Below, in pieces: positions 26,901 to 38,100 of a stretch of DNA of 64,000 nucleotides. Source of the stretch: Isurus oxyrinchus (lineage: Eukaryota). The first letter of the stretch is position 1. Every line of letters begins with the position of its first letter. A program made the translations under genes and the position numbers. The notes beneath the pieces were generated by a model. The model was not told the DNA's origin. It ran no database searches and saw only the letters and a list, made by a program, of their open reading frames with translations. Where the stretch lies: NCBI GenBank assembly GCA_026770705.1, contig JANJGN010000010.1, positions 110,360,001 to 110,424,000 of the forward strand, in the 5' to 3' direction.

Positions 26901-27185
26901 GGTCACTGTTTAAAAATAAGGGGTCGCTCATTTAAGACAGAGATGAGGAGAATATTTTTTCTCTGAGGGTTGAGTCTTTGGAACTCCCTTCTACACAAGG
27001 TGGTGGAATCAAAGTCTTTGAATATTTTTAAGGCAGAGCTAGACGGATTCTTGATTAACAAGGGGGTGAAAGGTTATCAGGGGTAGGCAGGAATGTGGGT
27101 TTGAGGCTACATTCAGATCAGCCATGATCTTATTGCATGGCGGAGCAGGCTTGAGCAGCCTACTTCTGTACTTCATTCTTATGTA
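21000..27185 (+). mobile_element. Near-full-length decayed CR1 LINE: ORF1 (CxxC..CxxC/coiled coil + SGNH esterase) and ORF2 (APE + RT), split by an antisense CR1
   Basis: ATG at 21183 gives MAGQVSCQGCSMW...VCTKCLRLEEF. Esterase 'KVIISGLLP...IREINAWLKDWC' (about 23940-24040), APE 'PLGSSDHNMI' (about 24930), RT '[18 protein letters not shown]' and 'KFADDTK'; 3' tail near 27180. Many stops and frameshifts. Confidence 0.9.
21337..23445 (-). mobile_element. 5'-truncated CR1 inserted antisense into ORF1 of the host CR1
   Basis: ORFs 22269..22673 and 22711..22908 (RT); tail 'cataagaccataa' at 21337. Host ORF1 reads '...gcagactctgtgacac' | 'atcagggagggggaaag' across the insertion. Confidence 0.9.
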
Positions 27186-27399
27186 AACTGGAAATGTATC
27201 ACCTATGTGATCACTGGGTCAAAATCCTGAATTCCCTACCTCACAACACTGTGGGGTTCCACCAAAGGAACTACAGTGGTTTAAGAAGTTGAATCCAGGA
27301 TCACCTCAAAGCCAATTGCAATAAGTGCAGTGGCTCCCACATCTCATGAAGTTATTAAAACAAGAGGCTTCCATTCCCCCTACAGCACTGGTATTTTAC

Positions 27400-28200
27400 A
27401 TTACAGTGTTACATTAGTCCTCCTAATCCACTTTGCAGCTTTTGACGTGGTAAAGCATACCAATCTCCTGCAAAACTCCACCCAGCTCTTGGGACCGTCA
27501 ACACTTGCTTCCACTCTAATGGAATGGTAGCCAGCGCAATGGTTTCTCTTCCCACCTCTGTCACCATCACTTCAGCCTTCCTTTCCTCATCTATATGCTG
27601 CCTGTTGATAACATTCACAGACATGGGGTCATTTCTACATGTAAATGGATGACATGCACCTCCATCTCTCTACCATCTCTCAAATCCTACACAGTCTATA
27701 CTGTCAGACTACTTGTCAGACATCCAAGTCTTAGATGAGCTTTACTTTCCTCCAGCTAAAGACCAAAGCCATCAATTTTTCCCCCAACAATTTGCCCCCA
27801 CCACAGTGTCCAGTTCCTTGCCACCAATTTAAGCTGAACCAGAAGTTTTGTCACCCTGTTTGATCCAAACTGGTCATTCCACATCCATTCAATCATAAAG
27901 GCTACTCCTATCTCAGTCTATATGCACTCTCTCTTGTGCGTATTATCACTTCCAGACTTGGCTATTCCAACGTTTTTGTCAGTGTCCCATTCCTTAAGCT
28001 CCATTAGTCACAATTAATACAAAACTCTGCTGCCAAATTCTATGCTGCATCAAATTCCACTTGCCCAATAATCCTCTTCCGCGCAGACCTACACTGGCTC
28101 CCTGCTCCTCAATGCTTTAAATATAAAATTCCTGTCTTTGTATTTAATTCCCTGCATGGCCTCATCCCGCCCCAAACTGGTCAATCTCCCCCGGCTCTAC
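27400..28200 (+). mobile_element. Old L2 RT fragment
   Basis: 'gcagcttttgacgtggtaaagcatacc' (AAFD.V.H), 'caaaactctgctgcc' (QNSAA), 'gacctacactggctccc' (DLHWLP). Confidence 0.7.
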
Positions 28201-28529
28201 AAGTTGTTGCATCCATCTCAAATATTCCAGAGCTTAGTGGCTCACACAATATGTACAGCAGGAAGATTTCAAGAAAAGCAGAGCCTGTGGAAAATCTTTT
28301 TCAATGTTGAATTTATTACTTCTGTCTAGCAGGAGCTATTTGGGTGTTTTTTTACTCCTCATTTGGCGTTGAATTGAAACAGTTTTGGTACAAGTGCAGA
28401 GTCAGTTCAGAATCAAACTTCTCTTTTGGGAACTAGAAGTAAACCAGAAGCAGAAATCCCATCATGCATTCTAAATGCTATCTTCAAGAGTTCAGGCTCC
28501 CAGTCACACCTTCCTTAAAAATGCAATAT

Positions 28530-29010
28530 TGAAGAAGTCAAACTCAACAGCTAATCACAGCTGGTCCGTAGCACCACTGTCAAGCTCAGCTTCCAAACCA
28601 GCTTGTCCATTTAAAGCTTCTGCTCAGAGAGTCCTTAGGGGTCCCAAGGCCAGTTAGAGACGAGAACAGCAGGCATGTCTCAGAGCATTCAGTTAGGGCC
28701 AATTCTTTTCCTAATCCTCATTAATGATGTTCTTGCTTCTCCAGGCCTCAAACACTGAAAATACTTGGGTGATATGACAGCCGCTGAGTCTAGGCCACGA
28801 GTGCAGTCAGTGAGATTCAAGAAATGCTCAACACTCTCAATGAATGATGTAGGGAGAACATTATGCAGCTAATAAATGTAAGGCCGTGCAAGTGGACTCT
28901 GGTCAACAAGAGAACATGCCCATTGACATAGTTAGGTAATTACACTCTGACAGAATTAAAGGCCTTGAAAACCTTGGGTGTACACATTCCAGCCAACTTA
29001 AAGTGGGGTT
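28530..29010 (+). mobile_element. Highly decayed RT fragment of another LINE family
   Basis: Remnants 'QLGPILFLILINDVL' (about 28690-28735) and 'KTLGVHIPANLKW' (about 28968-29006). Confidence 0.5.
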
Positions 29011-29974
29011 ATTAAGTTTTGCTTCAACTCCCTGCCACTGGACCTACAGCATGAAGAAAGGAACTAACCTGATGTTTCTGCTCCTTAGTGTGAAAGCCCA
29101 ATGCTGCTCGATATCTAAGGAAATGGCATTTCCATAATTCCCACTTCTGGCCTCTCTGTGGGCCCTCGAGACACTCAAACAGCGGGGTATGGGCAGGGAC
29201 TGCTCACCAGGCATTGTCATCATTACCTCTCTTCAGTTTGCCTCCTCCTTTCAACAATTTGTAAGTATGAGCTTCTACTGAGTTTTCTAACTACCACAGC
29301 AGCTGCTTAAGGGAAGCCTGCATTATTTCAAAAACAGTCACACTCTGAGCTAGTACCCCCACCATAGCATTTTAATGAAACATGGTTGAAGCACTTCAAC
29401 TATTTCAGACACTTATACTCACACTGTAAGGAAGCAGATGGAAGAAGTGTAAAAGGGCACACAAATCATGAGATCCCCAGTCCCCACAAAGTCAGAACCA
29501 TCCAGATCTCTGCTGAACAGAATGATGTCGTTGAATTGGCATGAGAAAATCAGTTCCGGTAAAATGAAATGAAAGGGTTCCTTAATCTCGGGCCATTGCT
29601 GCATGGAGTGGCAGCTCCAGTTCCCTTCTTTATGCTTTCCCCTCCAAAATAACTTTCTTCTCGATACTGCCAGTGACGGTCTGTTTGGCAGTATCTGTTG
29701 CATGGTAAAAAGGTATTGTGTACTGATTCAAATCTATGACTGGAGCATATTGGGAAAACAAGTGTTCTGACATGCTATGCTTAAGGTTACTGATCATCAC
29801 ACCAGTCTAATTTATATTTAAGCACAGGTATTCACCTATCCGCATGGTCTACTTTTTGCCAATGATGGGGAAATGACATTTCATGGGCCTCACTGTTACA
29901 TTTGCATTAGAAATTGCCATATTATGCTGCAATGACACAGGAGTTGGTATAGGTGGGTTCATTGCAAAGGTATC

Positions 29975-30503
29975 AGTGAAACGACAAGTCAGGAGTGTGA
30001 TGGAATACTCTCCACTTGCCTGTTGCTCCCACAACACTCAAGAAACTTGACACCGTCCAGGACAAAGCAGCCCGTTTGATTGGTACCCCACCCACAAACA
30101 TTCACTCCCTCCATTCGCCAACGCACAGTAACAGCAGTGTGTACCATCTACAAGATGTACTGCAGCAACTCACCAAAGCTCCTTAGACAGCACCTTCCAA
30201 ACCCTTGACTTCTACCATCTAGAAGGACTAGGACAGCGGATGATGCATGGGAACACCACCACCTGGAAGATCCCCTCCAAGCCACACACCACCCTGACTT
30301 GGAACTAATTCACCGTTCCTTCACTGTCGCTGGGTCAAAATCCTGGATCTCCCTTCCTAACAGCACTGTGGGTGTACATACACCACATGGACTGCAGTGG
30401 TTCAAGACAACAGCTCACCACCACCTTCTCAAAGGCAATTAGGGATGGGCAATAAATGTTGGCCTTGCCAGCGATGCCCACATCCCATGAATGAGTAAAG
30501 AAA
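29975..30503 (+). mobile_element. Family-2 LINE 3' fragment
   Basis: 'caagtcaggagtgtgatggaatactctccacttgcctg' (QVRSVMEYSPLA) through to the family-2 tail. Confidence 0.85.
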
Positions 30504-31059
30504 ATACAGGTTTCAATCCCAGAGTTCACCTACTGTCATACAGACGGTTGTGATAATGTACTTATCACTAACGGGAGTGGAACTGGAAACCAATTCCAGA
30601 AGCAATGACTGAGACCAAGCACTTGAAATGGGCTCTTCAAGCTTACATTTAACAGTACTGTTCAACCCCAGGTTTAGGTTTGACAGTGTTGGGAGGGGGT
30701 GGGGTGGAGTGGAAGAGAGAAGTGGTGGAGAGCAGAGAAGGGTGAACAGGATCAGAGTACAGCATTTGTCAAATCTGTCAACAACAACCATGCAGAATAT
30801 TTGGGAGGCATATTCATCGCCCCAACATACAATCACAAATTACACGCCCACGGCAACATACACTTTCCATTCTTGGCAGCAGTGGAAAGGCAACACTGAA
30901 AACATACTATCATTTTACTTGGTTAGTATAGTTGAGACAATAGGTTAACAGGTAGAAGAACTGGGAGCTTGGTCTGGAATGAAGGTGTGCTGGCTGAGCA
31001 ATCAGAAAGCCATGTAAATATTAGGGGTGTGCAGCCAAGGGTAAATGCAATTAACTTCC

Positions 31060-31392
31060 AATAGCAATTTACATTTATATAGTGCCTTTGAGATAGGAAA
31101 ACATTCCAAAGTGCTTCATAGGAATGTTAGCAAACAAAGTTTGACATCAGGCCATATAAGATGTTTGGGGAGATGATCAAAAGCTTGGCCAAAGAGGCGT
31201 CTTAGGCGGGGAGAGAGGAGTCAAGAAGTGGAAAGTTTAGGGAAGGAGTACCAGATCCTTAGGATCTAAGTAGTTGAAGGCATGGCCACCAATTGTGGAG
31301 TGATTAAAATGTTCAAGCGCCCAGAACTGGAGGAGTGCAGAAATCCCAGTGGATGGAAGAGCTGAAACAAATTACAGAAAGAGGGAGGGGTG
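31060..31392 (-). mobile_element. L2 3' end
   Basis: 'caatttacatttatatagtgccttt...gatgatcaaaagcttggccaaagagg' is the reverse complement of the L2-type tail; related to 35322-35815. Confidence 0.6.
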
Positions 31393-31669
31393 ACAATTAC
31401 TTATAACACTCAGTAAAGCAAAGTTTGGGGTGAAAGAAGACCGTTTGTAACTATTAGGCTTTTCAAATATATGAATATATTGTTTACTTGCAATAAGACT
31501 CACTGAACAACAGCTATAATTGGGCTATGTCAATAGTAGCTAGATTTATATAAATAAATAATTTTAAAAATTACATTTACATTGTAAACATACACACAAA
31601 TTACCATGGAGCATAATGCAAAACAAGCTGACAATTAGAGGAATTATTAAAAGATACTTTCTTCACTCT

Positions 31670-31900
31670 CGCTGCCACACGTGATCCCCAGCTGAGGGGT
31701 CAAGCACCAATGTGGGGACACGGGAGTTCACCTCAACTCCTCTTCTGCGAGCGGAAGCACCTGCTTTTAAGGGACTGGGAGTGGTAACTCTCATGAGGGA
31801 AATGTTAACATACATCCACACCTCCAACCAGCTGTAGCAGCCCCTGCACACACAGCTGTGGAATACTGTGCAGCTGTCTTTATCTCACCTTGGCAGGGTG
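31670..31900. promoter_or_regulatory. Candidate intronic enhancer (E-box/GATA/ETS cluster)
   Basis: GC-richer island not recognised as a repeat, with six CANNTG boxes, CGGAAG and TATC-N9-CAG. Motif evidence only. Confidence 0.3.
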
Positions 31901-32299
31901 CGACACAAACTATTTTACAAAGATAATTTTAAAAATTATGCAGACATAAATATAAAAATGTTTATACTTTTGAAACAAAAAGAGGAATATGTCAAGTCTT
32001 TCCACTCCTTTTGTATTTGTCTTATTTTAGGTCCTACTTTCTGAATCTGGGAGTCACATTCGCACTAGCATTCTAATAACATTTATTTAACTTTTCAAAT
32101 AAAACTTTTATGAAAGTATGGTTGAGCTATAAAATAAATGATTCTGGCAATGAACCTTGAACAAGCTGAAGTTATTCAGAGGTGCCTTATCCAATAGCGC
32201 AGACTAGTGGCAAGCTGCAGCAGTATCCCTGGTTACCAAAAAACTGGTTTCAAACACTTAATTGATTTGAATCATAATTAGGGTTATCAAGAGAACTCA

Positions 32300-32660
32300 G
32301 CCACTGAGTATGTGGGTGGCACTGACAAGACCAACATTTATTTCTTATCCCTATTTTCCCTGGGGTGGCGGTGGTGGGTCGCTTTCTTTGGTTTGATACA
32401 ACAGAGTGGTTTGCCAGCTCACTTTACAGGGCAGTTAAGAATCAACTACATTGTGAGAATCACAACCGGGCCAAACATTAGTGAACCAAGTAGTTTTTAT
32501 GATTGTATCATGGTCCCTTTTACAGCACCACCTTTTTAATTCCAGATTTTTTTTTTTTAAATTGAATTCAGATTCTCAAGCTGCCGTGGTGTGATTTGGA
32601 CTTGTGTTCTCAGGATTATTAGGCCAGGCTCTGGATTACTTAATTGAACTTACTATACCC
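32300..32660 (-). mobile_element. Decayed tRNA-headed SINE with family-2 LINE tail
   Basis: 'gggcagttaagaatcaactacattg...attagtgaacca...aattccagatttt...gatttggac', related to 61862-62170. Confidence 0.6.
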
Positions 32661-32849
32661 TGGTAATTTTTTTCAGTTACATGTTGTTGTTGACTCCTTG
32701 TTTCTGTAATCTCTCATGTCTACCAACTACATTCCCAAAACTCATCCAAGTGACCTACGAAGTGGGCCTCTTGCCCTCATCTGAATTTGATGTAAGTGCA
32801 CCCCAAATAGGGGTCAGTCAACGGTCAAGAGCAGAAACCCATCTAAATT

Positions 32850-33190
32850 ATTTTATCAACATCACAGATACATGGTCACAAAGCGACCAGGGTTGGGAAA
32901 CAAGTATTCCAGGGTACACAACATTTCCAAAAGACAGGCAGAATTGAAAATGAGAAGTAGCCGCCCAGTTAGTAAAGAATGACATAAGGACATTAGTGAG
33001 AAAGGATCTTGGTTTAGAAGATCAGGAAGTAGAATCAGAATGGGCAGAGATTAGGAATAGCAAGGGTCAGAAAACGGTGGTGGGAGTAGTTTATAGGCCC
33101 CGTAACAGTAGCTATACTATTGGGCAGAGCATTAAACAAGAAATTATTGGCACTTGTAAGAAAGAAAATTAATAATTGTGGGGGACCTCT
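32850..33190 (+). mobile_element. CR1 ORF2 APE endonuclease fragment
   Basis: 'ITDTWSQSDQGWE..IPGY..F.KDRQ' and 'VGVVYRP'. Confidence 0.75.
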
Positions 33191-33577
33191 ATACAACCTC
33201 ATTTGAGGTCAGTTAACTCAAAAGTAAACAGGAACAATTTATAAAGATAATTTGAGAGCATATTCTTTACAGATCAGAACTTCCTGCATTGACCAGATAC
33301 TGAAACCAATATTAAGTAGGCTGCACCATAATGAGTTAAGACTGTTAACGGTATAAATGCATTCATAACATTTCTATGGCAATTGCAGACCGAAAAAATA
33401 AGTCCAGTCTGAACCGGACTACATATATGCAGCTCCAAAACCCTTTTTGGGCAAGGAGGTTATTTTAACATCAAGCAACAGGTTTCAATGCTGGAGAATG
33501 GACCATTTCTCACTCTTTGGACCCAACCACACAAAGTACTAAGCCACGATACAAGTGCATCATTCACACAGTGTTAT

Positions 33578-33912
33578 GAGAACATAGGAGAATTAGCCAT
33601 TCAGCCCCTCGAGCCTGCCTCACCATTCAACTAGGTCATGGCTAATCATCTACCTTAATGTCACTTTCCCACACTATTTCCATATCCTTTGATGTCATTA
33701 GTATCTAGAAATCTATCGATCTCTATCTTGAATATACTCAATGCCTAAGCCTTCACAGCCCTCTGTGGTACAGAATTCCAAAGATTCACTACCTTCTGAG
33801 TGATGAAATTCCTCCTCATCTCAGTCCTAAATAGCTTTCCCTTTATTCTGAGACTGTGTTCTCTAGTTCTAAACTCCCAGCCAGGGGAAATATCTTTTCT
33901 GCATCTACCCTA
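33578..33912 (-). mobile_element. CR1 3' end
   Basis: 'gaacataggagaattagccattcagcccctcgagcctgc...aaattcctcctcatctcagtcctaaat'. Confidence 0.8.
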
Positions 33913-34542
33913 TATTAGGAACACAGATGATGTTAATTGCTAAGCAAACTAAATCCTAGAGGGAAACTTGAGTTTTGTATTCTGAAAACAAGGAGAAAAC
34001 ATACTGACCTCAGCAACCAGCTGAACTTTCACCCTAAGACATGTGAGAAGGCTATATGCTCCTACAACCCTGGGTGCTATGCTGACAGGAGTCTGACAGA
34101 TCAAACTAGAGAAGTCAGACTAAAGGCAGTGCACAGTTCTCCTAGAAGGGACAAGTGAATTGGACGCGTGACCTGTTGATGCAAAAATGGTATTTATTAT
34201 GGAAACAGGCTGGTAAATATATACATCACCTGTGGAGAAATGCCATCTGCTGGAGGTGAGGCAAGATGACACTCTGATTGAAGTCAAAATCTTGCTCCGG
34301 GCAGACAACAATGGATGGAGTGGGTTCCCTTATGCGTCACTGGGCACAAGAGGGTCCAAGAACCTAGGCAAAGGCCTATATGTCCCAACCCAGCTGAGAT
34401 AACTTACTGCTCCCCCTCCTACTAACCTGCGCTCCCTTCTCCAGATAATAAATCGAGTATTGTGGTCAACTCAGCAATTTTAATAAATAATAAAAACACA
34501 TAGGCATGAATTGAACTCTCTGCTTCAGGATTGATAATGTAC

Positions 34543-34708
34543 CTGTGTGAAGTGCACTGTAATATCTTCAAAAGCAAATGAACTGCCTTTAGTCGTTGGT
34601 GTCCCATCTGCTGACAGGCCACACCCACTTGCCACTGCCAAATTTCAGCCAGTGGAAGGTGTGGGAGAATCCTCTCCTCTGATAGCATTTGCTTAAGTAT
34701 CTCAAACC
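34543..34708 (-). CDS. ZZEF1: ZZEF1 coding exon, 166 nt, (G)FEILKQMLSEERILPHLPLAEIWQWQVGVACQQMGHQRLKAVHLLLKILQCTSH(S)
   Basis: Overlaps ORF 34422..34688(-). Acceptor ctcttcctccag|GG, donor AG|gtacat, phase 1-2. Confidence 0.96.
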
Positions 34709-35321
34709 CTGGAGGAAGAGGAGAGAGAGAGAGGATCGCATCAGAGTCTGAACAGGAAACTAAGTGAAGAGAAATTAATGCAGAAACAAAGCTCTGAAAC
34801 TCAAGTTTAGCTGCACTATGTTATGCAGCGCACACACACGTTGCAATGTGGAATTGCCATTAGGCAATTGAAGGAACTGCCAAATGGGTTGATGGCTTCA
34901 ATACAAGAAGCCTCAATGACATTATACACAAAATCACTTTAATTACTTTAGTATGCCTAGTTCCTTCTCCAATTAGTGCAGAAAATATGACTTAAAACAA
35001 GGTGCATGGGTGAGGAAACACATCAAAAGCAAATAGCACATGTAAATTAAAGACAAATTCTGGTCATATTGCCAATTTTAATGAAAATTAGGATTAATTC
35101 ATCATCATTTACTTGGCCATAGTATCAAAAATATAGGTTTGCAATTCTATGCATGGGGCACTAATACTTTTTAACAGATGCAAGTATACACCACTTAGCA
35201 GATCTGAGAATGTAGGAGAAAATACAGAACAGAAAATAAAGAGAATACAACGAGAGAGGATGAGAGCAAGAGGTCAAGGAGGAGGACAGGAGAACATAAG
35301 AGGTGGGGGGATGTGAGAGCA

Positions 35322-35815
35322 CTACAACAACAATTTGTATTTATAGTGCCTTTAACATCATAACATGTCCCAAGGAGTATTAGAAAACAAAATCTGACAG
35401 AGAGCCACATAAGGAGATTACAGGGCAGAAGATCAAAAATTTGGTCTAAGACGTAGGTTTTTAAAGTATCTGTTAAAGGAGGAAGTGAGGAAGAGAGGTA
35501 GAGGGGTTTAGCGAGGGAATTCTAGAGTTTAGGACCCAGGCAGCTGTGCAAACGGGGACCTAAAATCAGGGATATTCAAGTGGCCAGAGTTAGAGCAGTG
35601 CCAATATCTTGGAGGGATTTGGAGATTAGAGGTAGGAAGAGCGGAGACCATGGGGGGGATTTGAAATTGAGAATTTTAAAATTCCTGCATCGCTCAACCG
35701 GGAGGCAGTGTAGGTCAGGTGATGGATGACATCAAGTTTGCGGGAAGGTAGAACACGAGAAATCAGCCAAGAGTAGGTTCGAATCGATGTCTTGAGGTAA
35801 CAAAGGCATGAAGAC
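35322..35815 (-). mobile_element. L2 3' fragment
   Basis: Tail 'acaacaacaatttgtatttatagtgcctttaac'; 'ttttaaaatt...caaccgggaggcagtgtaggtcag' is the reverse complement of DLH.LPV...FKI. Confidence 0.7.
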
Positions 35816-35830
35816 GACAAAGAGGAAGAA

Positions 35831-36026
35831 CAGGACAGAGAGAGCAAGAACGAACACAGGACAGAGAGAGCAAGAACGAACACAGGACAGAGAGAGCAAG
35901 AACGAACACAGGACAGAGAGAGCAAGAACGAACACAGGACAGAGAGAGCAAGAACGAACACAGGACAGAGAAAGCAAGAACGAACACAGGACAGAGAAAG
36001 CAAGAACGAACACAGGACAGAGAAAG
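35831..36026. repeat. 26-bp minisatellite, about 7.5 copies of CAGGACAGAGA(G/A)AGCAAGAACGAACA
   Basis: Units start at 35831, 35857, 35883, 35909, 35935, 35961, 35987 and 36013, head-to-tail with no spacers. Confidence 0.95.
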
Positions 36027-36299
36027 GGAGAGAGAACAAGAATAAACAGGACATAGACAGAGCATGAGCAAATAGGAAACAGGGAAAGAAGGACAGAAAG
36101 GGAAAGAACAGGATAGAAATGATAGAAAGAGTTGAAAGAGAATAGGAGAGAGAACAGTCAATGGATACGACAGAGAGAGAATAGGAAAGTGAGATAATTA
36201 GTGAGAAGAGAAAGGGAGAAAGAAAATGAGAAAGCAAATGAGAAAAGATAATAATATATAGGAAGCAAGTTATTTATCCCCATGTATAAATGCACTCAC

Positions 36300-36398
36300 C
36301 AGTCAGGAACCGCCCACGATGGCCTCCTGTGACTGTGAATTTATAACCCCAATCATTGGTATCTAGGTCTGATGTGAACCTGTAAAATAGTGTATCAC
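36300..36398 (-). CDS. ZZEF1: ZZEF1 coding exon, 99 nt, (G)DTLFYRFTSDLDTNDWGYKFTVTGGHRGRFLT(G)
   Basis: Within ORF 36274..36468(-). Acceptor atttcttctag|GT, donor G|gtgagt, phase 1-1. Confidence 0.96.
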
Positions 36399-36824
36399 CT
36401 AGAAGAAATAAAAAAATACCGCTGTCCATTATGACAGGTGAGAAACTTACCACTATAAAAAAGCTCAACGTTGTTGTGGAAGACCAACGTGCAAAAAATA
36501 AATATTATGTGTAGGCCTGCCAATTCACACCTCAAAATTTAATTTTTAGACTTAAGAAATGAACAGACAATCAACATTCATGCATCACCATTCCTTGGTG
36601 AAAAATATGCCTGAATACGAAATATTCAACCCATACCATTCTGTATGTCTTAGGAACTCTACAGAGATTGATGTGTCATGGTTCAGGTTTCTCTTCTAGT
36701 ACCTTCCTTGTAATTAGAACATTGACAGAGGCTCTGCAGATGTGCTTTCGGCAATGGGACTAGTTTCCCAAGATAGCCTCATGCTGAGTTGTGGATCAGT
36801 AGGAAGAAAAATGGTAACTATAAT

Positions 36825-37110
36825 ACAGTAGTGTAGGAGTTATATTACTGGACCAATAATCCACACAAGTTCAAATTCCACTAATTTGAGAATCTGTATT
36901 CAGTTTAAATAAAAAGTTGACCGGGAAGCTATTAGGTTGTCTTAACTAGTTCATTTACAGTCTGGCCTGTGACTCCAGTCCCATTTCAAAGTAGTTCACT
37001 TTTATCTGCTCTCTGAAGCAGCCTAGTAAGAAACTCAGTGGTAACTCTAGAGATGGGTATTAGATGCCGACCTTACCAGCGATGACCACATCCTGAGAAT
37101 TAACTAAAAT
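36825..37110 (+). mobile_element. Old tRNA-headed SINE with family-2-like tail
   Basis: 'agttcaaattcc' B-box remnant, 'tctggcctgtgactccagtccc', tail 'gatgggtattagatgccgaccttaccagcgatgaccacatcctgagaat'. Confidence 0.55.
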
Positions 37111-37389
37111 AGAGTCCTTTCAGAGAATGCAATAACATAATCTGCTAGCCATGCCTGTTTAATCAGAGTGATATCACAGATGGGCGTCAGACCCTTTTTT
37201 TGGCCTGAGGTGAGAGGGAAAGAGTTTAAAAATCGAGCACAGAGATCACAAAGCACCAAACCTGCTGTTCTAAACTGCTGGACAAGGTAAAGAAAGATTG
37301 TACTTTATTGGGAAGTCGAGTGAGGCCCATTGGATTGAGTTAGTTATCATGCTTTTTATTTTTGTGACAGTATAAAGACAGAAATTGTA

Positions 37390-38100
37390 ATGCAAAAGCA
37401 AAATATTGCAAATGCTGGAAATTTGAAATAAAAACAGAAAATGCTGGAAATACTCATAGTCCTCTCCTGAACTTGGGTGTAACACCATTTACCTTCTCAC
37501 CGTTCCAAGGTCACAAATACTCTTTTCAAGTGAAACGACAATTTGTTTGTACTTCTTTAATTCAGAATGCTGTATTCACTGCTCAGAATGCAGTCTCCTT
37601 TACAAGATGGAGACCAAATACAGATTTGGTGATTACCTCCATTCAGTTCGCAAGCATGACCCTGAATTTTCAGTCACTTCCATCTGCTCCCACACAGACA
37701 CTCTCTGTCCTTGGCCTCCTGCAGCGATCCAATGAAATTCAATGCAAGCTCCAGGAACAACATCTCATTTTCAGCTGGACACTTTACACACTTCTGGACT
37801 TTACACTGTGTTCAGCAATTTCAGATCACAACTTCTGACCCCATTTTATTTTTGGACAGCAGCTATTGGTAACAATTCTGCTTTTCCCATTGACACCCCC
37901 ACTAGACATCTCTACTAGTTCCTCATTCCTTGGCATCCAGTCTCTCCTGTCCTCCCCGCAAAATGATTTAAACCCGTTACATCTCTAACTTTTTCCAGTC
38001 AGACGAAAGACCATTGATCTAAAATGCTAACTGTTTCTCTCTTCACAGATGCTACCAGACCTGCCGAATACATCTAGCATTTTCCATTGTCAATTCAGAA
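37390..38100 (+). mobile_element. Penelope 3' fragment (GIY-YIG) with an inverted copy of its terminus at the 5' end
   Basis: ORFs 37473..37838 and 37547..37735 ('CCIHCSECSLLYK.ETKYRFGD', 'KLQEQHLIF'); 37390-37456 is the reverse complement of the terminal repeat at about 38030-38100. Confidence 0.8.

Noticed and set aside
35831-36026. 26-bp direct repeats as a CRISPR array
   Set aside because: Units are head-to-tail with no unique spacers, no cas genes are present, and the context is a vertebrate intron.
35626-36237. 203-aa ORF and overlapping repetitive ORFs
   Set aside because: They arise from the stop-poor minisatellite and pyrimidine tract; low-complexity translation with no homology evident.
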